DNA of 58,211 nucleotides from Trueperaceae bacterium. GTDB taxonomy: Bacteria; Deinococcota; Deinococci; Deinococcales; Trueperaceae. The stretch is taken from contig JBBDRK010000011.1 of the NCBI GenBank assembly GCA_040905465.1, forward strand, positions 1-58,211, in the 5' to 3' direction. The number at the start of each line of letters is the position of its first letter. Positions within the stretch are counted from its first letter, which is position 1. This document shows positions 8,789-18,938 of this stretch, one piece after another. The notes under the pieces were generated by a model. It did not search any database. It was not told where the DNA came from and saw only the letters and a list, made by a program, of their open reading frames with translations. Position numbers and translations under genes: made by a program.

Positions 8789-9891
8789 GCCTCCAGGTAG
8801 CGAGGCACCACCAGTTCGCCGGAGAATTCGCTTACCGCCCGCTCCCTCGCGGCCAACCGGTAGCGCTCGTGCAGGTCCGGATCTCGCAGCAGGGCAACGG
8901 CGCACTCGATCATCCCGTCGACATCGTCCTCCTCACGCAGGCAGCCGCTGCGCCCGTTCTCGACTACCTCGGGCAGGCCACCCGACGAGCTGCCCACGAC
9001 CGGCACCCCGGAGGACATCGCCTCCAGCGCAGCCAGGCCGAACGATTCGTTGCGGCTCGGCAGCAGGAACAGGTCAGCGAGCGCCAGGAGGCTCTCGACC
9101 CGCGGGAACGAACCGAGGAAAGCCACTCGGTCGGACACGCCGAGATCGCGGGCAAGCTGCAGTGCCGCGGGCCGGTCGGGTCCGTCGCCGATCATCAGCA
9201 GGCGCGCCGGCAACTCCCTGGCCACCCCGGCGAATATCCGAATGACATTGCCGACTCTCTTCACCGGCCGGAAATTCGAAACGTGGATCAGCAGCTTCTC
9301 GTCGGCCGCTCCGTAACGCTGGCGCAGCTCGAGGTCGCGCCCCGGAGTGAAGCGTTGGGTGTCGATGGGGTTGGGAATCACGCGGATATCGCGAGCGACG
9401 CCCAGCTCGCTGCGGGTGGCATCGGCCAGGTAGCGGCTGACAGCCGTCACTACGTCGGAGCGTCCGATCGAGTACTGGGTGGTGCGCAGATATGCAGGTT
9501 GCAGGCCGACCAGGGTGACGTCGGTGCCGTGCAAGGTCGTCACTATCGCCGGAGCCGGATTTTGGCGGGTCATGTCGCGCGCCAGCACCGCTGCCGTCGC
9601 GTGAGGAACGGCGTAGTGGGCGTGGATGAGGTCGATGCCCACCTCCTCGATCACCTCGACGAGCTTCGACGCTTCCGACAGGGTGGTGAGCGGCGCGTTG
9701 AACAGCGGATAGCTGAGCGTCTCTACCTCGTGGTAGTAGGTGTCGCCGCAGCCGGCCTCGCCGAGCCGGAACGGCACCCGGTCGGCCACGAAATGCACGG
9801 CGTGTCCCTGCCTGGCGAGAGCGATCCCGAGCTCGGTCGCCACCACGCCGCTGCCGCCGGCCCCGCTGTGTAGCAGTACGGCGATGTTCAT
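8755..9891 (-). CDS. bshA: N-acetyl-alpha-D-glucosaminyl L-malate synthase (bacillithiol biosynthesis)
   Basis: GGSGVVATELG, HAHYAVPHA, TLHGTD, HVSNFRPVKR, ESFGLAALEAM. Confidence 0.93.
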   Translation of the reverse strand: MNIAVLLHSGAGGSGVVATELGIALARQGHAVHFVADRVPFRLGEAGCGDTYYHEVETLSYPLFNAPLTTLSEASKLVEVIEEVGIDLIHAHYAVPHATAAVLARDMTRQNPAPAIVTTLHGTDVTLVGLQPAYLRTTQYSIGRSDVVTAVSRYLADATRSELGVARDIRVIPNPIDTQRFTPGRDLELRQRYGAADEKLLIHVSNFRPVKRVGNVIRIFAGVARELPARLLMIGDGPDRPAALQLARDLGVSDRVAFLGSFPRVESLLALADLFLLPSRNESFGLAALEAMSSGVPVVGSSSGGLPEVVENGRSGCLREEDDVDGMIECAVALLRDPDLHERYRLAARERAVSEFSGELVVPRYLEAYRAALEASGR

Positions 9892-10034
9892 CGAAACGCC
9901 ATGACCGCGGAACGGTCTCGCAAGGCAGTGTCTCGCAAAGCAGTGCCACTCGACCCTGGTCCGGCGCCGGGCGCCGGACGGCAGTAACCGGCCATAGCTG
10001 CGGCTCCGCGCGGCGCGCGTCGTACACTGCGGAC

Positions 10035-10889
10035 ATGCTCGTGGGGGTCGTAACCGACTCGACCTGTGACCTGCCCGCGGCTACGCTGAGACGGGTGCGT
10101 GTCGAGGCGGTGCCGTTGCGGGTAGAAGTAGGCGATGAGACGTATCTGGACTGGCGGGACCTCGATCCGGCCACCCTCTACGACTGGATGACGAACCAGG
10201 GGGTGCTTCCGGCCGTTCGCTCGCCTCAGCCGGAAGACTTCATGGAGGCGTATCGTCGCAGCTTCCAGAGGTTCGAAAGCCTCGTGTCGATCCATCTGTC
10301 CGAACGGTTCTCGCAAACGTTCGAAAACGCCCGGAGCGCAGCCGAGCGCCTGGGCATCGAGGAAAACGTGACCTTCATAGACTCCGGCCAGGCCGGGGCG
10401 GGGTTGGCTGAGATTGTGCTGGAGGCCGCGAAACTCGCTCGAAACGGTGCCACGGCCGCCGCGGTAAAGGCTGCTGCCGAACGGATCCGAAGCGACCTGT
10501 ACGGCGTCTTCAGTCCGACTGTGGGCACCTGGGGCCCGAGTTCCGGACTCTTCGATGCAATAGGTAAGCGCCGGCACCGCTCGCTGGGCCACCGGCCGCT
10601 CGTGGGAATCGCCGACGGACGGCTGTCGCAACTGGGTTGGCAGCGGGCGCAGCATGTCCCATGGGCGCTGGCGACCACGCTGCATCGGCGCTTCGGCGAC
10701 CAGCCGATTCTGGTGACGATCGCCAACGGCAGCTCCGATCACGCCGAGTTGGCGCGACTGCGCGCGGCCGTGGAGAGCGGCGGACTGAACATCGCGCACG
10801 GCCGCATGCAGGTCATCGGACCCGCCCTCGGCGCCCGGCTGGGACCCGGCTCGGCGATGGTTTTCGCGCGCCCGGCTCCCGATCCGTGA
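10035..10889 (+). CDS. DegV family protein (divergent)
   Basis: VVTDSTCDLP N-terminus and GP.LG..LGPG C-terminus; TACACT 6 nt upstream of the ATG. Confidence 0.85.
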   Translation: MLVGVVTDSTCDLPAATLRRVRVEAVPLRVEVGDETYLDWRDLDPATLYDWMTNQGVLPAVRSPQPEDFMEAYRRSFQRFESLVSIHLSERFSQTFENARSAAERLGIEENVTFIDSGQAGAGLAEIVLEAAKLARNGATAAAVKAAAERIRSDLYGVFSPTVGTWGPSSGLFDAIGKRRHRSLGHRPLVGIADGRLSQLGWQRAQHVPWALATTLHRRFGDQPILVTIANGSSDHAELARLRAAVESGGLNIAHGRMQVIGPALGARLGPGSAMVFARPAPDP

Positions 10890-10901
10890 GCCTCGCACGT
10901 C

Positions 10902-11462
10902 TCAACGAACGGTCCCCCATAACCCTCCGAGATACATTTCCTGGGTGACGACTCCGGCAACGCTCTCCCCTTCCATCACCACCACGAGTGCCTCGTGCGC
11001 CAGCACGCGCCGCAGGTCGGTCACCGCCACCGAGCCGTCGATCTTCACCAGCTCTTCCCACGAGGTTATCCGTTCACGCTTCACCCCGGTAACGCCGACC
11101 GGCACACCCTGCTCCTCCACCACCACGATGCGATTCTCGGCCAGCGTCTGAATGTTCTGGGCGCTCTCCACGACGGGAACCGCGGCCGCCACCTTGCGCG
11201 CCGGCGGTGGCGCCACCAGGCCGAACGACAGCAAGGTCGGGCTAGGCATGCGCAGTGCCGAACGAAGGTAGCGAAGTGCGCTCACCAGGGCGATCACGAA
11301 GAGCAGTCCCTCGGCGATGCCGGGCAGGTTGAAGTCGTGAAAGCCCAGACGGCCCTGCCGACCGAACAACAGGTAGAGCACGAACGAGGCGAGCAACGCG
11401 AACGAGACAGCTGCCAGGCCGGCAAGGAAGGCCGCCAGCCGCAGCTGGGAAGGACGTCTCAT
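10902..11462 (-). CDS. Membrane protein with degenerate CBS-like C-terminal region
   Basis: Two N-terminal TM helices; VVVEEQGVPVGV and VVMEGESVAGVVT are CBS-like. Confidence 0.6.
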   Translation of the reverse strand: MRRPSQLRLAAFLAGLAAVSFALLASFVLYLLFGRQGRLGFHDFNLPGIAEGLLFVIALVSALRYLRSALRMPSPTLLSFGLVAPPPARKVAAAVPVVESAQNIQTLAENRIVVVEEQGVPVGVTGVKRERITSWEELVKIDGSVAVTDLRRVLAHEALVVVMEGESVAGVVTQEMYLGGLWGTVR

Positions 11463-12238
11463 CGTGCCGCGTGCCGGACGGCTGGAATTACCGGCGGCTC
11501 ACCCAACTGGTCGCCCCGGTCGACGTCGGCGGCCAGGCACGCGTCATCTGTAACTACCGCCCGGACCGACCCGCCCAGGCGCTCACTCGCCAGGCGCTCG
11601 AGACGGTTGAGATCGGCCCGCCCGAACATGAGGGCAAGGAGGGTACCAGGACCCATCAGGCCGGCAAGAGCGACTGGATTCTTTCGTGACAGGTACAGCC
11701 GGTCGATCAGTTCGAGCAACGGACCTACCAGTTGCGGTTTCAACAGCATCAGGTTGCCTCCGGTAAAGCGCCCCTGCTTGAGGCGCACGAATGTTCGCCT
11801 GTGCGTGGGGAAATCGGCCAGCGCAGCGCGCTCCGGAACGATCGGGTAGGCTAGTTCTGCCTCACCGGCGGCAGTGACGAAGCGATCGACCGCTTCCGGT
11901 GAAAGCCAGGGCACGTCCGCCGTCGTCACCAGCATCGGAGTGTCCGGTGTAACGGCCAGCGCTGCACCCAGGCCCAAGGCCAGGGATTGCGCGAATCGTT
12001 GGCCGGCAGGAACCGCCCGAAGGCGTCCCCCTCCCAAACCGTCGCTGCCCGGGCCGACGAAGATCGTCTCCGATACCGACCTGCTGGCTTCGAGAGCCCT
12101 GAGGACGTACCACGCCATCGGCCTTCCTTCGATGGGCACCAGGGCCTTGGTGGCCACCCCTGCCGCCGAAGCGAGGCGGTCGCCTTGGTCTCCCCCGGCC
12201 AATACGACCGCCGTGATCTTGCGATAGGCACCGTCCAT
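11459..12238 (-). CDS. MobA-like nucleotidyltransferase family protein
   Basis: AVVLAGG, KALVPIEGRPM, TADVP, DVD motifs. Confidence 0.85.
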   Translation of the reverse strand: MDGAYRKITAVVLAGGDQGDRLASAAGVATKALVPIEGRPMAWYVLRALEASRSVSETIFVGPGSDGLGGGRLRAVPAGQRFAQSLALGLGAALAVTPDTPMLVTTADVPWLSPEAVDRFVTAAGEAELAYPIVPERAALADFPTHRRTFVRLKQGRFTGGNLMLLKPQLVGPLLELIDRLYLSRKNPVALAGLMGPGTLLALMFGRADLNRLERLASERLGGSVRAVVTDDACLAADVDRGDQLGEPPVIPAVRHAAR

Positions 12239-12349
12239 GATGACGGCGCATTCTACCGCAAGGCGGCGGCTCCGCTACCGCCGGCCCGGGATGAACGAGG
12301 GCGCCGCCGACCAAAGGTCGAACGGCGCCCAGAGATACCGGTGGACCGA

Positions 12350-13594
12350 CTAGCGTCGTTCCTGCCGAACTCTGATCTCGGTCGTGTCACCGGAGCGCAC
12401 CTGAACGTCGGTCACGAAGGTCCGGAAGCCGGGTGCAACGACCACCAGCTCGTAGCTGGCCGGTTGCAGGTCGTCCACGGACAGTATGCCGGTGCCATTG
12501 GGGATGGTACCCACCGAGCTTCCGTCGAGAAAGACCCTTGCGCCTCCGACGTTCGCCTGCACCTGCAGGCGACCGGCCTGGCTGCGCAGCCGGGCGTTCA
12601 CCGTCTGGCTGCCGCCGGCACGGACATCGAAACTGACGAAGGCATCCTGATAGCCGGGGCGGCGGAAGCGGGCCTCGTAGCTGCCGGCTTCCAGAGTGAT
12701 CCTGCCGGTAGGGGTAGTTCCGACGAACCGTCCGTCGACGACCACCTCGGCGTCGCGTGGCTCGCTCTCGAACGACACGCTGCCGGTACGACGGACCTGA
12801 GAAAGACGCGCGTCGACCGTCGTGGTACTTCCCGGCCGCACATTGACCGACTCGCGGTATTCGTCGTAACCGCTGCGTTCCACGCGGACATCGTGCCTTC
12901 CCGGCCGGGTACCGAAGTTCACCGGCGTGTACCCGACGAACTCCCCGTCGACGAACACCTGCGCGTCCTGGGGGCTCGAGCGCACCGCCAACGTGCCGTA
13001 CGCGGCCTGCTGCGGGCGACTGCCGACGTAGAGCAGGGCGGTGTCGGTGACCCAGTTGTTCTGCTCGATCGGCCGAACGACTATCGACAGGCTGCGTGCG
13101 AAGCCTTCCTCACCCTGCTGCGAGGTGGCGAAGTTCGGATCCTCCTCGAAGCGCGCGAGCTCGCGTGTGTCGAGCTCGGTGCGCGACGCCACAGCTATCA
13201 CCTTGTCCAGGCCACGGGGAGCTTCGGCATTGAAGGTGTAGCGCGCGTTGCGAGCCGGGAAGTAGCGCGTCTCCCCCGCTTGCATCCGGTTGTTCCGACC
13301 GGCGTCGTCGAAACGGTTCGGCAAAAGCTGATGAATTTCGCCGTTCGGCCTGACGTTGAAGAGGTAGACGTAGCTGTCCTCCGATACCCGGACGCCGATG
13401 CGGATCGCCTCACCGATCTGGAACGTGGGGATATCGCCACCGTTGCCCCTTTCGAGGAACACATCGACCTCGAACCCGGGACGCGGGTTCACGACGATAG
13501 ATTGCGGGCTGAAGACAACTCCATCCTGGGATTGTGCCCAGGCGGGAGCGACGAGAAGTACTGTAAGGAGTAGAAGGCCAAGATTTCGTTTCAT
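12350..13594 (-). CDS. Secreted DUF4384 + PEGA-repeat envelope protein
   Basis: Signal peptide; IGEAIRIGV..DSYVYLFNV (DUF4384-like); three PEGA repeats (S.P.DA.VFVDG.FVG.TP). Confidence 0.85.
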   Translation of the reverse strand: MKRNLGLLLLTVLLVAPAWAQSQDGVVFSPQSIVVNPRPGFEVDVFLERGNGGDIPTFQIGEAIRIGVRVSEDSYVYLFNVRPNGEIHQLLPNRFDDAGRNNRMQAGETRYFPARNARYTFNAEAPRGLDKVIAVASRTELDTRELARFEEDPNFATSQQGEEGFARSLSIVVRPIEQNNWVTDTALLYVGSRPQQAAYGTLAVRSSPQDAQVFVDGEFVGYTPVNFGTRPGRHDVRVERSGYDEYRESVNVRPGSTTTVDARLSQVRRTGSVSFESEPRDAEVVVDGRFVGTTPTGRITLEAGSYEARFRRPGYQDAFVSFDVRAGGSQTVNARLRSQAGRLQVQANVGGARVFLDGSSVGTIPNGTGILSVDDLQPASYELVVVAPGFRTFVTDVQVRSGDTTEIRVRQERR

Positions 13595-13792
13595 GCACCC
13601 TCTCCTTTCTTGTCCTGATGGACGGGGTTCTGCAGGGCGTGATCCGGAGCGTAGCACCTGGGTTTGCGGGCGCGTGTGCGCATACTTAAGCCTCCTTCAT
13701 CTACTGTGGGCTTACCGTGGTCCCGCCTGCGCTCAAACTTGGAGGCGGAAAGCAACCGGCTCGAGGCACGCCGGTGAAGCAAAGGAGACGTA

Positions 13793-14485
13793 ATGAGGAT
13801 CGTTCTGACCAAACATTTGGCTATCGCGGCCGTTCTGCTGGCGGGGGCCGCCCTGGCTCAGGATCTCGGCGCCGACGAGGTACTGGCAAACATTCGGCAG
13901 GAGGCCGAAGCCACCAGGGACGCCAGCTTCCTGTTGACGGGCCGACTGATCGACCCGGACGGGACGGCGATCGCCCTCGAGGTGGAGGTAGAACTCATTC
14001 CCGGCGAGCGTGCGGCACGAGCCGACTTCATCCAACCCGACGCGCTGGCGGACAATGTAGTCGTGTTCGACGATGAAGCCGTCTACAACTACATTTTCCT
14101 CACCAATCAGGTAACGGTGTTCGACGCCAACGATCCCGACGCGCTCGGTGGCTTCATCAGCGGGCAAGGCGAAGGCGGCGCTCCAACGTTGACCCTCGAC
14201 CTCGAGAAGTTGTTCGCGGGCTGGGACGCCGAGGTCGAGAGCTACGAAGCGGGTTTCTACCACCTCCGGCTGGACAACAAGGAGACGGGCGCGGCGCTGG
14301 ACCATGTGCTGGCGACGGTGCAGGAGGGAACCTGGGTGCCAAGTGAGCTCGTTCTGTTCGGCGACGACGGAAGCATGGTGGCCGAACTGTTCATCGATGA
14401 CTTCCAGCGAGACCAGGGCATCTCGGTAGAGGACGTGACCTATATCCCCGAAGACGCCGAGGTAATCGACGAGCGCGCCCGCTAG
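13793..14485 (+). CDS. LolA-like outer-membrane lipoprotein carrier family protein
   Basis: Signal peptide; RADFIQPDALADNVVVFD...YNYIFLTNQV; RBS AAGGAG. Confidence 0.7.
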   Translation: MRIVLTKHLAIAAVLLAGAALAQDLGADEVLANIRQEAEATRDASFLLTGRLIDPDGTAIALEVEVELIPGERAARADFIQPDALADNVVVFDDEAVYNYIFLTNQVTVFDANDPDALGGFISGQGEGGAPTLTLDLEKLFAGWDAEVESYEAGFYHLRLDNKETGAALDHVLATVQEGTWVPSELVLFGDDGSMVAELFIDDFQRDQGISVEDVTYIPEDAEVIDERAR

Positions 14486-14520
14486 GCTCACCCGCCTGCC
14501 TTCTACGGTGCCGGTCCGGC

Positions 14521-15921
14521 TCAGCCCACCATCTGCTCGGCTACCACCAGCCGGTCGAACTCCTCGCCGCTGAGGTGTCCCAGTTCGATGGCCGCCTCCC
14601 TGAGCGTGAGGTTGCGTCGGTGCGCTTCCTGGGCGATCTCGGCGGCCTTGTAGTAGCCGATTCTGGTATTGAGGGCGGTGACCAGCATCAACGAGTTGTC
14701 GAGGTGCGCCCTGATGCGCGCCTCGTCGGGCTCGATGCCCAGCACGCACCTTTCCCTGAACGAGTCCATGGCGTCGGACAGCAGGCGCGCCGACATCAGC
14801 AGGTTGTAGATCATCACCGGCTTGAAGACGTTGAGCTGAAGGTGGCCGTGGCTTCCGGCCACCGACACGGCCGTGTCGTTACCCATCACCTGGGCGCAGA
14901 CCATCGTCAGCGCCTCGGCCTGAGTCGGATTGACCTTGCCCGGCATTATCGACGAGCCGGGCTCGTTCTCCGGCAACCGCAACTCGCCGATGCCGCAACG
15001 AGGCCCTGAGCCGAGCAGGCGGATGTTGTTGGCTACGGCGAACAGACTCACCGCCAGCCGCTTCAGGCCACCGGACGCCTCGACCACCGCGTCGTGCGCC
15101 GAAAGCGCCTCGAACTTGTTGTCGGCCGTGACGAACGGATGACCGGTAAGCTCGGCGATCTGGGCCGCGACCTTCTCGGCGAAACCGGCGGGAGTGTTGA
15201 GCCCCGTACCAACCGCCGTACCACCGAGCGCCAGTTCTGACAGGTGCCCGAGGCTGTGCTCGATCGCTTCGATGCTCTTCCCCAGTTGCGCCGCATACCC
15301 GGAGAACTCCTGACCCAGCGTGAGCGGCGTGGCGTCCATTAGATGGGTGCGACCGATCTTGACGATCCGCGCGAACTCCTCGGCTTTGGCCGCCAGCGCT
15401 CGCTGAAGTTCGCGGGCGCTGGGCAGGACCTGGACTGCCAGCGCCGTGTAGGCAGCTATATGCATCGCCGTCGGAAAGGTGTCGTTCGACGACTGCGAGC
15501 GGTTGAGGTCGTCGTTGGGATGGATCGGCTTCTTGGATCCGAGCTCCTCGCCGGCGATCTCGCTCGCCCGGTTGGCAATGACCTCGTTCAGGTTCATGTT
15601 CGTCTGGGTTCCGGATCCGGTCTGCCACACCACCAGCGGAAAGTGCTCATCCAGCTCGCCGGCGCCGATTTCATCGCACACCCGGCCGATGAGACTCGCC
15701 TGTTCGTCGGACAGGTCGGTGAGCTCGGCGTTCGTGAGCGCGGCCGCCTTTTTCAGAACGGCGAACGCCCGGATGATCTCGAGCGGCATGGGCTGGCCAC
15801 CGATGCGGAAGTTCTCGAGCGAGCGTTGGGTCTGGGCTCCCCAGTAGCGGTCGGCGGGCACCTTCACCTCGCCGAGCGTGTCCTTCTCGATCCGATAGCG
15901 GGTAGCTGTATCTGCCTTCAT
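14521..15921 (-). CDS. fumC: Fumarate hydratase class II
   Basis: [41 protein letters not shown]. Confidence 0.97.
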   Translation of the reverse strand: MKADTATRYRIEKDTLGEVKVPADRYWGAQTQRSLENFRIGGQPMPLEIIRAFAVLKKAAALTNAELTDLSDEQASLIGRVCDEIGAGELDEHFPLVVWQTGSGTQTNMNLNEVIANRASEIAGEELGSKKPIHPNDDLNRSQSSNDTFPTAMHIAAYTALAVQVLPSARELQRALAAKAEEFARIVKIGRTHLMDATPLTLGQEFSGYAAQLGKSIEAIEHSLGHLSELALGGTAVGTGLNTPAGFAEKVAAQIAELTGHPFVTADNKFEALSAHDAVVEASGGLKRLAVSLFAVANNIRLLGSGPRCGIGELRLPENEPGSSIMPGKVNPTQAEALTMVCAQVMGNDTAVSVAGSHGHLQLNVFKPVMIYNLLMSARLLSDAMDSFRERCVLGIEPDEARIRAHLDNSLMLVTALNTRIGYYKAAEIAQEAHRRNLTLREAAIELGHLSGEEFDRLVVAEQMVG

Positions 15922-15969
15922 GGCTCCATGTTAGCGCGGTCGCCGTGTACGAGAGCGCCGGTACGCTTG

Positions 15970-16944
15970 CTACGGCTGGAGCGCGAACTCGAGCGCCGCG
16001 GCAAGCCCGTTTCGCCAGTTCACCCAGTTGTGGCCGGCGTTGCGCTCGGCGTAGCGGTGCTCGCTGCCCCGGCTCTCGAGCGCCCGGCCGACTTCTCGGT
16101 TCACGTCGGTCAGCCACTCGATCGTGCCGACATCGGCGTACCAGCGCGGCGGCGACGACGATCCCTCGCGGAGCCGATCCACGACCCAGGATCCATCCCC
16201 TCGGTAGAAGTCGCGGTTCTCGGGTCCACCCTTGAACGCCCCTGAGAAAGTGACCACGGTGTCGAACTCCTCCGGATGGAGCAGGGCGAGCACCGCACTC
16301 ACCAGGCCGCCGAGTGACACGCCCATCACCACCCGCTCGGAGGAACCGGCGTAGTTGCCTTCGATGAACGGGATCAGCTCGTCCAGCGTGAACTCGCGGT
16401 ATGGCGCCGAGAAGCCGTACTCGCTGGTGCGGTCCACCGGTTCGACGAACGCTAGCCGCGCCGGCCGTATGCGTCCCTCGGCAAGGAGCGCCTCGAGCAC
16501 CTTGGGCAGGCCGGCTACCCTCAGGAACGCCGTTCCGTCGTGCACCAGCACCAGCGGCAACGTTTCGTCCTCGTGGCCGCCCGGCGTATAGACGCTCACG
16601 CGCCGCATCCCGCCCAGTGGCTCGCTCTCCAGCCGGTGGCGATCGAGACGACCGTTCGCGAGCGAGTCGGGCAGGTCCGCATAGCGGCTGGCCCGATAGG
16701 CGGGACCGAGCAACGCGCTCACCTCCGGAAACCAGGGGTTGTCGCCTCTCACCGGGTTACCCGGGTCGGCGCGCGTGCGCCCGTCCCCGTCCATGAAGGC
16801 GTACTCGAAGTAGACGTCGTCGGGGAGTGTAAGCCGAAAGGAGCTGACCTTCTCCGCATCTACCGGATGCGGAGAGCGGTCCATGTCCGTGTGGTCGGAG
16901 ATGATGTGAGTGGCCCACTGAGGAGTGACGATCTCGGCCTGCAT
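15970..16944 (-). CDS. Fes-like alpha/beta hydrolase esterase
   Basis: VYTP, HDG, GVSLGG nucleophile elbow, GHNW. Confidence 0.85.
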   Translation of the reverse strand: MQAEIVTPQWATHIISDHTDMDRSPHPVDAEKVSSFRLTLPDDVYFEYAFMDGDGRTRADPGNPVRGDNPWFPEVSALLGPAYRASRYADLPDSLANGRLDRHRLESEPLGGMRRVSVYTPGGHEDETLPLVLVHDGTAFLRVAGLPKVLEALLAEGRIRPARLAFVEPVDRTSEYGFSAPYREFTLDELIPFIEGNYAGSSERVVMGVSLGGLVSAVLALLHPEEFDTVVTFSGAFKGGPENRDFYRGDGSWVVDRLREGSSSPPRWYADVGTIEWLTDVNREVGRALESRGSEHRYAERNAGHNWVNWRNGLAAALEFALQP

Positions 16945-17001
16945 GCTGAGAGTGTACCTTTGCGGCTGGGGAACGCATTATCCGCCCTGGTAGACTCCGG
17001 C

Positions 17002-18207
17002 ATGAGTCACCCGTTCGACGCTCTCGCCGAAGAAACGCTCCGTGCCCGCCCGTCGGTGAAGTGGCGCCACTTTCCCGAGGACGTGCTGGCCTGCTGGGTC
17101 GCCGACATGGACTTTCCGCCCGCTGAGGAGATCCTCCGGGCGGTCACCGACTTCGTGGCAGCGGGCGACCTGGGCTACCCGCCGATGACCGGCCTGGCGG
17201 GGCTGCGCGAGGCGGTTTGCGACCGGCTGGCCGAACGGCACGGGTTGTCGCTCGAACCGGACGATCTTCAGGCGTTGCCGGGGATCATCCCGGGACTGAA
17301 CCTGGCATGCTCGGTCCTGGCGGGACCGGAGGAGGGAGTGATCGTCCAGCCGCCCGTTTACCCTCCGTTCATGTCCGCCGTGCACGGGAACGGCCGCGAA
17401 CTCGTCTACAACCCGATGCGCGAGGGCGAGGAGGGCTGGGAGTTCGATCTCGAGGGGTTGGAACGAGCGGTGAAACCGTCTACGCGGTTGCTCATGCTGT
17501 GCAACCCACAGAATCCCACGGGCCGGGTCTTCCGGCGCGACGAGCTGGAGGCCCTCGCAGAGGTGGTCTTGCGACACCGGCTCTGGGTGGTATCGGACGA
17601 GCTCCATGCCGACCTCGTGCTGGGAGACGCCGCCGCCAACGGGCGTTCGGTCGGCAGGGAGCTTAGGCATGTGCCATTCGCGGCGCTGGGCGCCGAAGTC
17701 GCCCAACGAACCCTCACCCTCTACGGCCCCACCAAGGCGTTCAATATCGCCGGGCTGAAGATCGGCTTCGCCATGAGCCGAAATCGGGAGCTGATGGAGC
17801 GGCTGCGGCTCGCGGCCAGCGGTCTGGTGGCGTCCGGCAACGTCCTGGCTCAGGCGGCCACGCTGGCTGCCTACCGCCAGGGAGACTCCTGGCTAGACGG
17901 TACGCTCGACTACCTGCGCGGAAACCGCGCTGCCCTGCTCGAGTTCACGGCCCGGGAGTTGCCGGGAGTCAGACTGCACGCGCCGCAGGGAACCTACCTC
18001 GCGTGGCTCGACTTCCGCGGCAGCGCACTGGGTGGGCCTGCCGCCGACTTCCTCCTTGAGCGGGCGCGGGTCGGGCTCAATTCCGGGGTCGACTTCGGGC
18101 CCGATCTGGAGCCCGGCCTCGAGGGTTTCGCACGGCTGAACTTCGCCACTTCCCGACGGCTCCTGATGAGGGCTCTCGGCCGCATCCGCGACACCCTCAC
18201 GCCATGA
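17002..18207 (+). CDS. MalY/PatB family PLP-dependent C-S lyase
   Basis: WVADMDF, CNPQNPTGRV, SDELHADL, TKAFNIAGL, TYLAWLD. Confidence 0.92.
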   Translation: MSHPFDALAEETLRARPSVKWRHFPEDVLACWVADMDFPPAEEILRAVTDFVAAGDLGYPPMTGLAGLREAVCDRLAERHGLSLEPDDLQALPGIIPGLNLACSVLAGPEEGVIVQPPVYPPFMSAVHGNGRELVYNPMREGEEGWEFDLEGLERAVKPSTRLLMLCNPQNPTGRVFRRDELEALAEVVLRHRLWVVSDELHADLVLGDAAANGRSVGRELRHVPFAALGAEVAQRTLTLYGPTKAFNIAGLKIGFAMSRNRELMERLRLAASGLVASGNVLAQAATLAAYRQGDSWLDGTLDYLRGNRAALLEFTARELPGVRLHAPQGTYLAWLDFRGSALGGPAADFLLERARVGLNSGVDFGPDLEPGLEGFARLNFATSRRLLMRALGRIRDTLTP

Positions 18208-18938
18208 ACGCGCTTCCGCCCGAACTGGCGGGATGCCGGGCCTGCCCCCGGCTGGTAGAGCACCGGGAGTCGGTAGCGCATCAGAAGCGCCGCGCGTACC
18301 GGTCCGAGAGCTACTGGGGCCGACCCGTGCCCGGCTTCGGAGATGCCGACGCGCAGCTGATCCTGCTTGGGCTGGCCCCCGGCGCCCACGGCTCGAACCG
18401 CACGGGGCGGATGTTCACCGGCGACGCCTCGGGAGACTTCCTCTTCCCCGCGCTGTACCGGGCGGGCCTGGCGTCCGGCCCACAAGCCGAGCGAGCCGAC
18501 GATGGCCTGACGCTGTCGGGAGTGTGGATTACCGCGTCGGCGCGCTGCGTGCCACCGGGCAATCGGCCCAACCGGAGTGAACTGGAGAACTGCCGGCGTT
18601 GGTTGGATTACGACTTCAGGCAGTTGCCACGGGCCCGTCTGGTCGTCGCACTGGGGAGCATCGCTCATGACAGCTATCTCGACCTGCTGCGCTACCGCGG
18701 TGCGAAGCCGGTGAAGCGCGAGCACCCGTTCGGGCACGGCTCACTCCATCCCCTCGATAACGTCACGGGCGTCCTGCCACTTCTCGACAGCTACCACCCG
18801 AGCTTCCAGAACACCAATACCGGCCGACTTACCGCGGCGATGTTCGATGAGCTGTTGGCGCGAGCCCGTCGCCTGGCCGGATTAGGGCAGGTAACCGGCG
18901 ATCAGGAGACCGCAGCCGACCGGGGCAGGGGCAGCTGA
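18204..18938 (+). CDS. udgB: Uracil-DNA glycosylase, family 5
   Basis: C..CPRL, GLAPGAHGSNRTGRMFTGD, RCVPP.N, YHPS..NTNT. Confidence 0.9.
   Translation: MNALPPELAGCRACPRLVEHRESVAHQKRRAYRSESYWGRPVPGFGDADAQLILLGLAPGAHGSNRTGRMFTGDASGDFLFPALYRAGLASGPQAERADDGLTLSGVWITASARCVPPGNRPNRSELENCRRWLDYDFRQLPRARLVVALGSIAHDSYLDLLRYRGAKPVKREHPFGHGSLHPLDNVTGVLPLLDSYHPSFQNTNTGRLTAAMFDELLARARRLAGLGQVTGDQETAADRGRGS

Noticed and set aside
6349-9873. Long ORFs 6349-8367 and 8710-9873
   Set aside because: Shadow frames of rsmC, tsaD and bshA in GC-rich DNA; no motifs.
11987-13573. 528-aa plus-strand ORF
   Set aside because: Antisense shadow of the PEGA protein gene.
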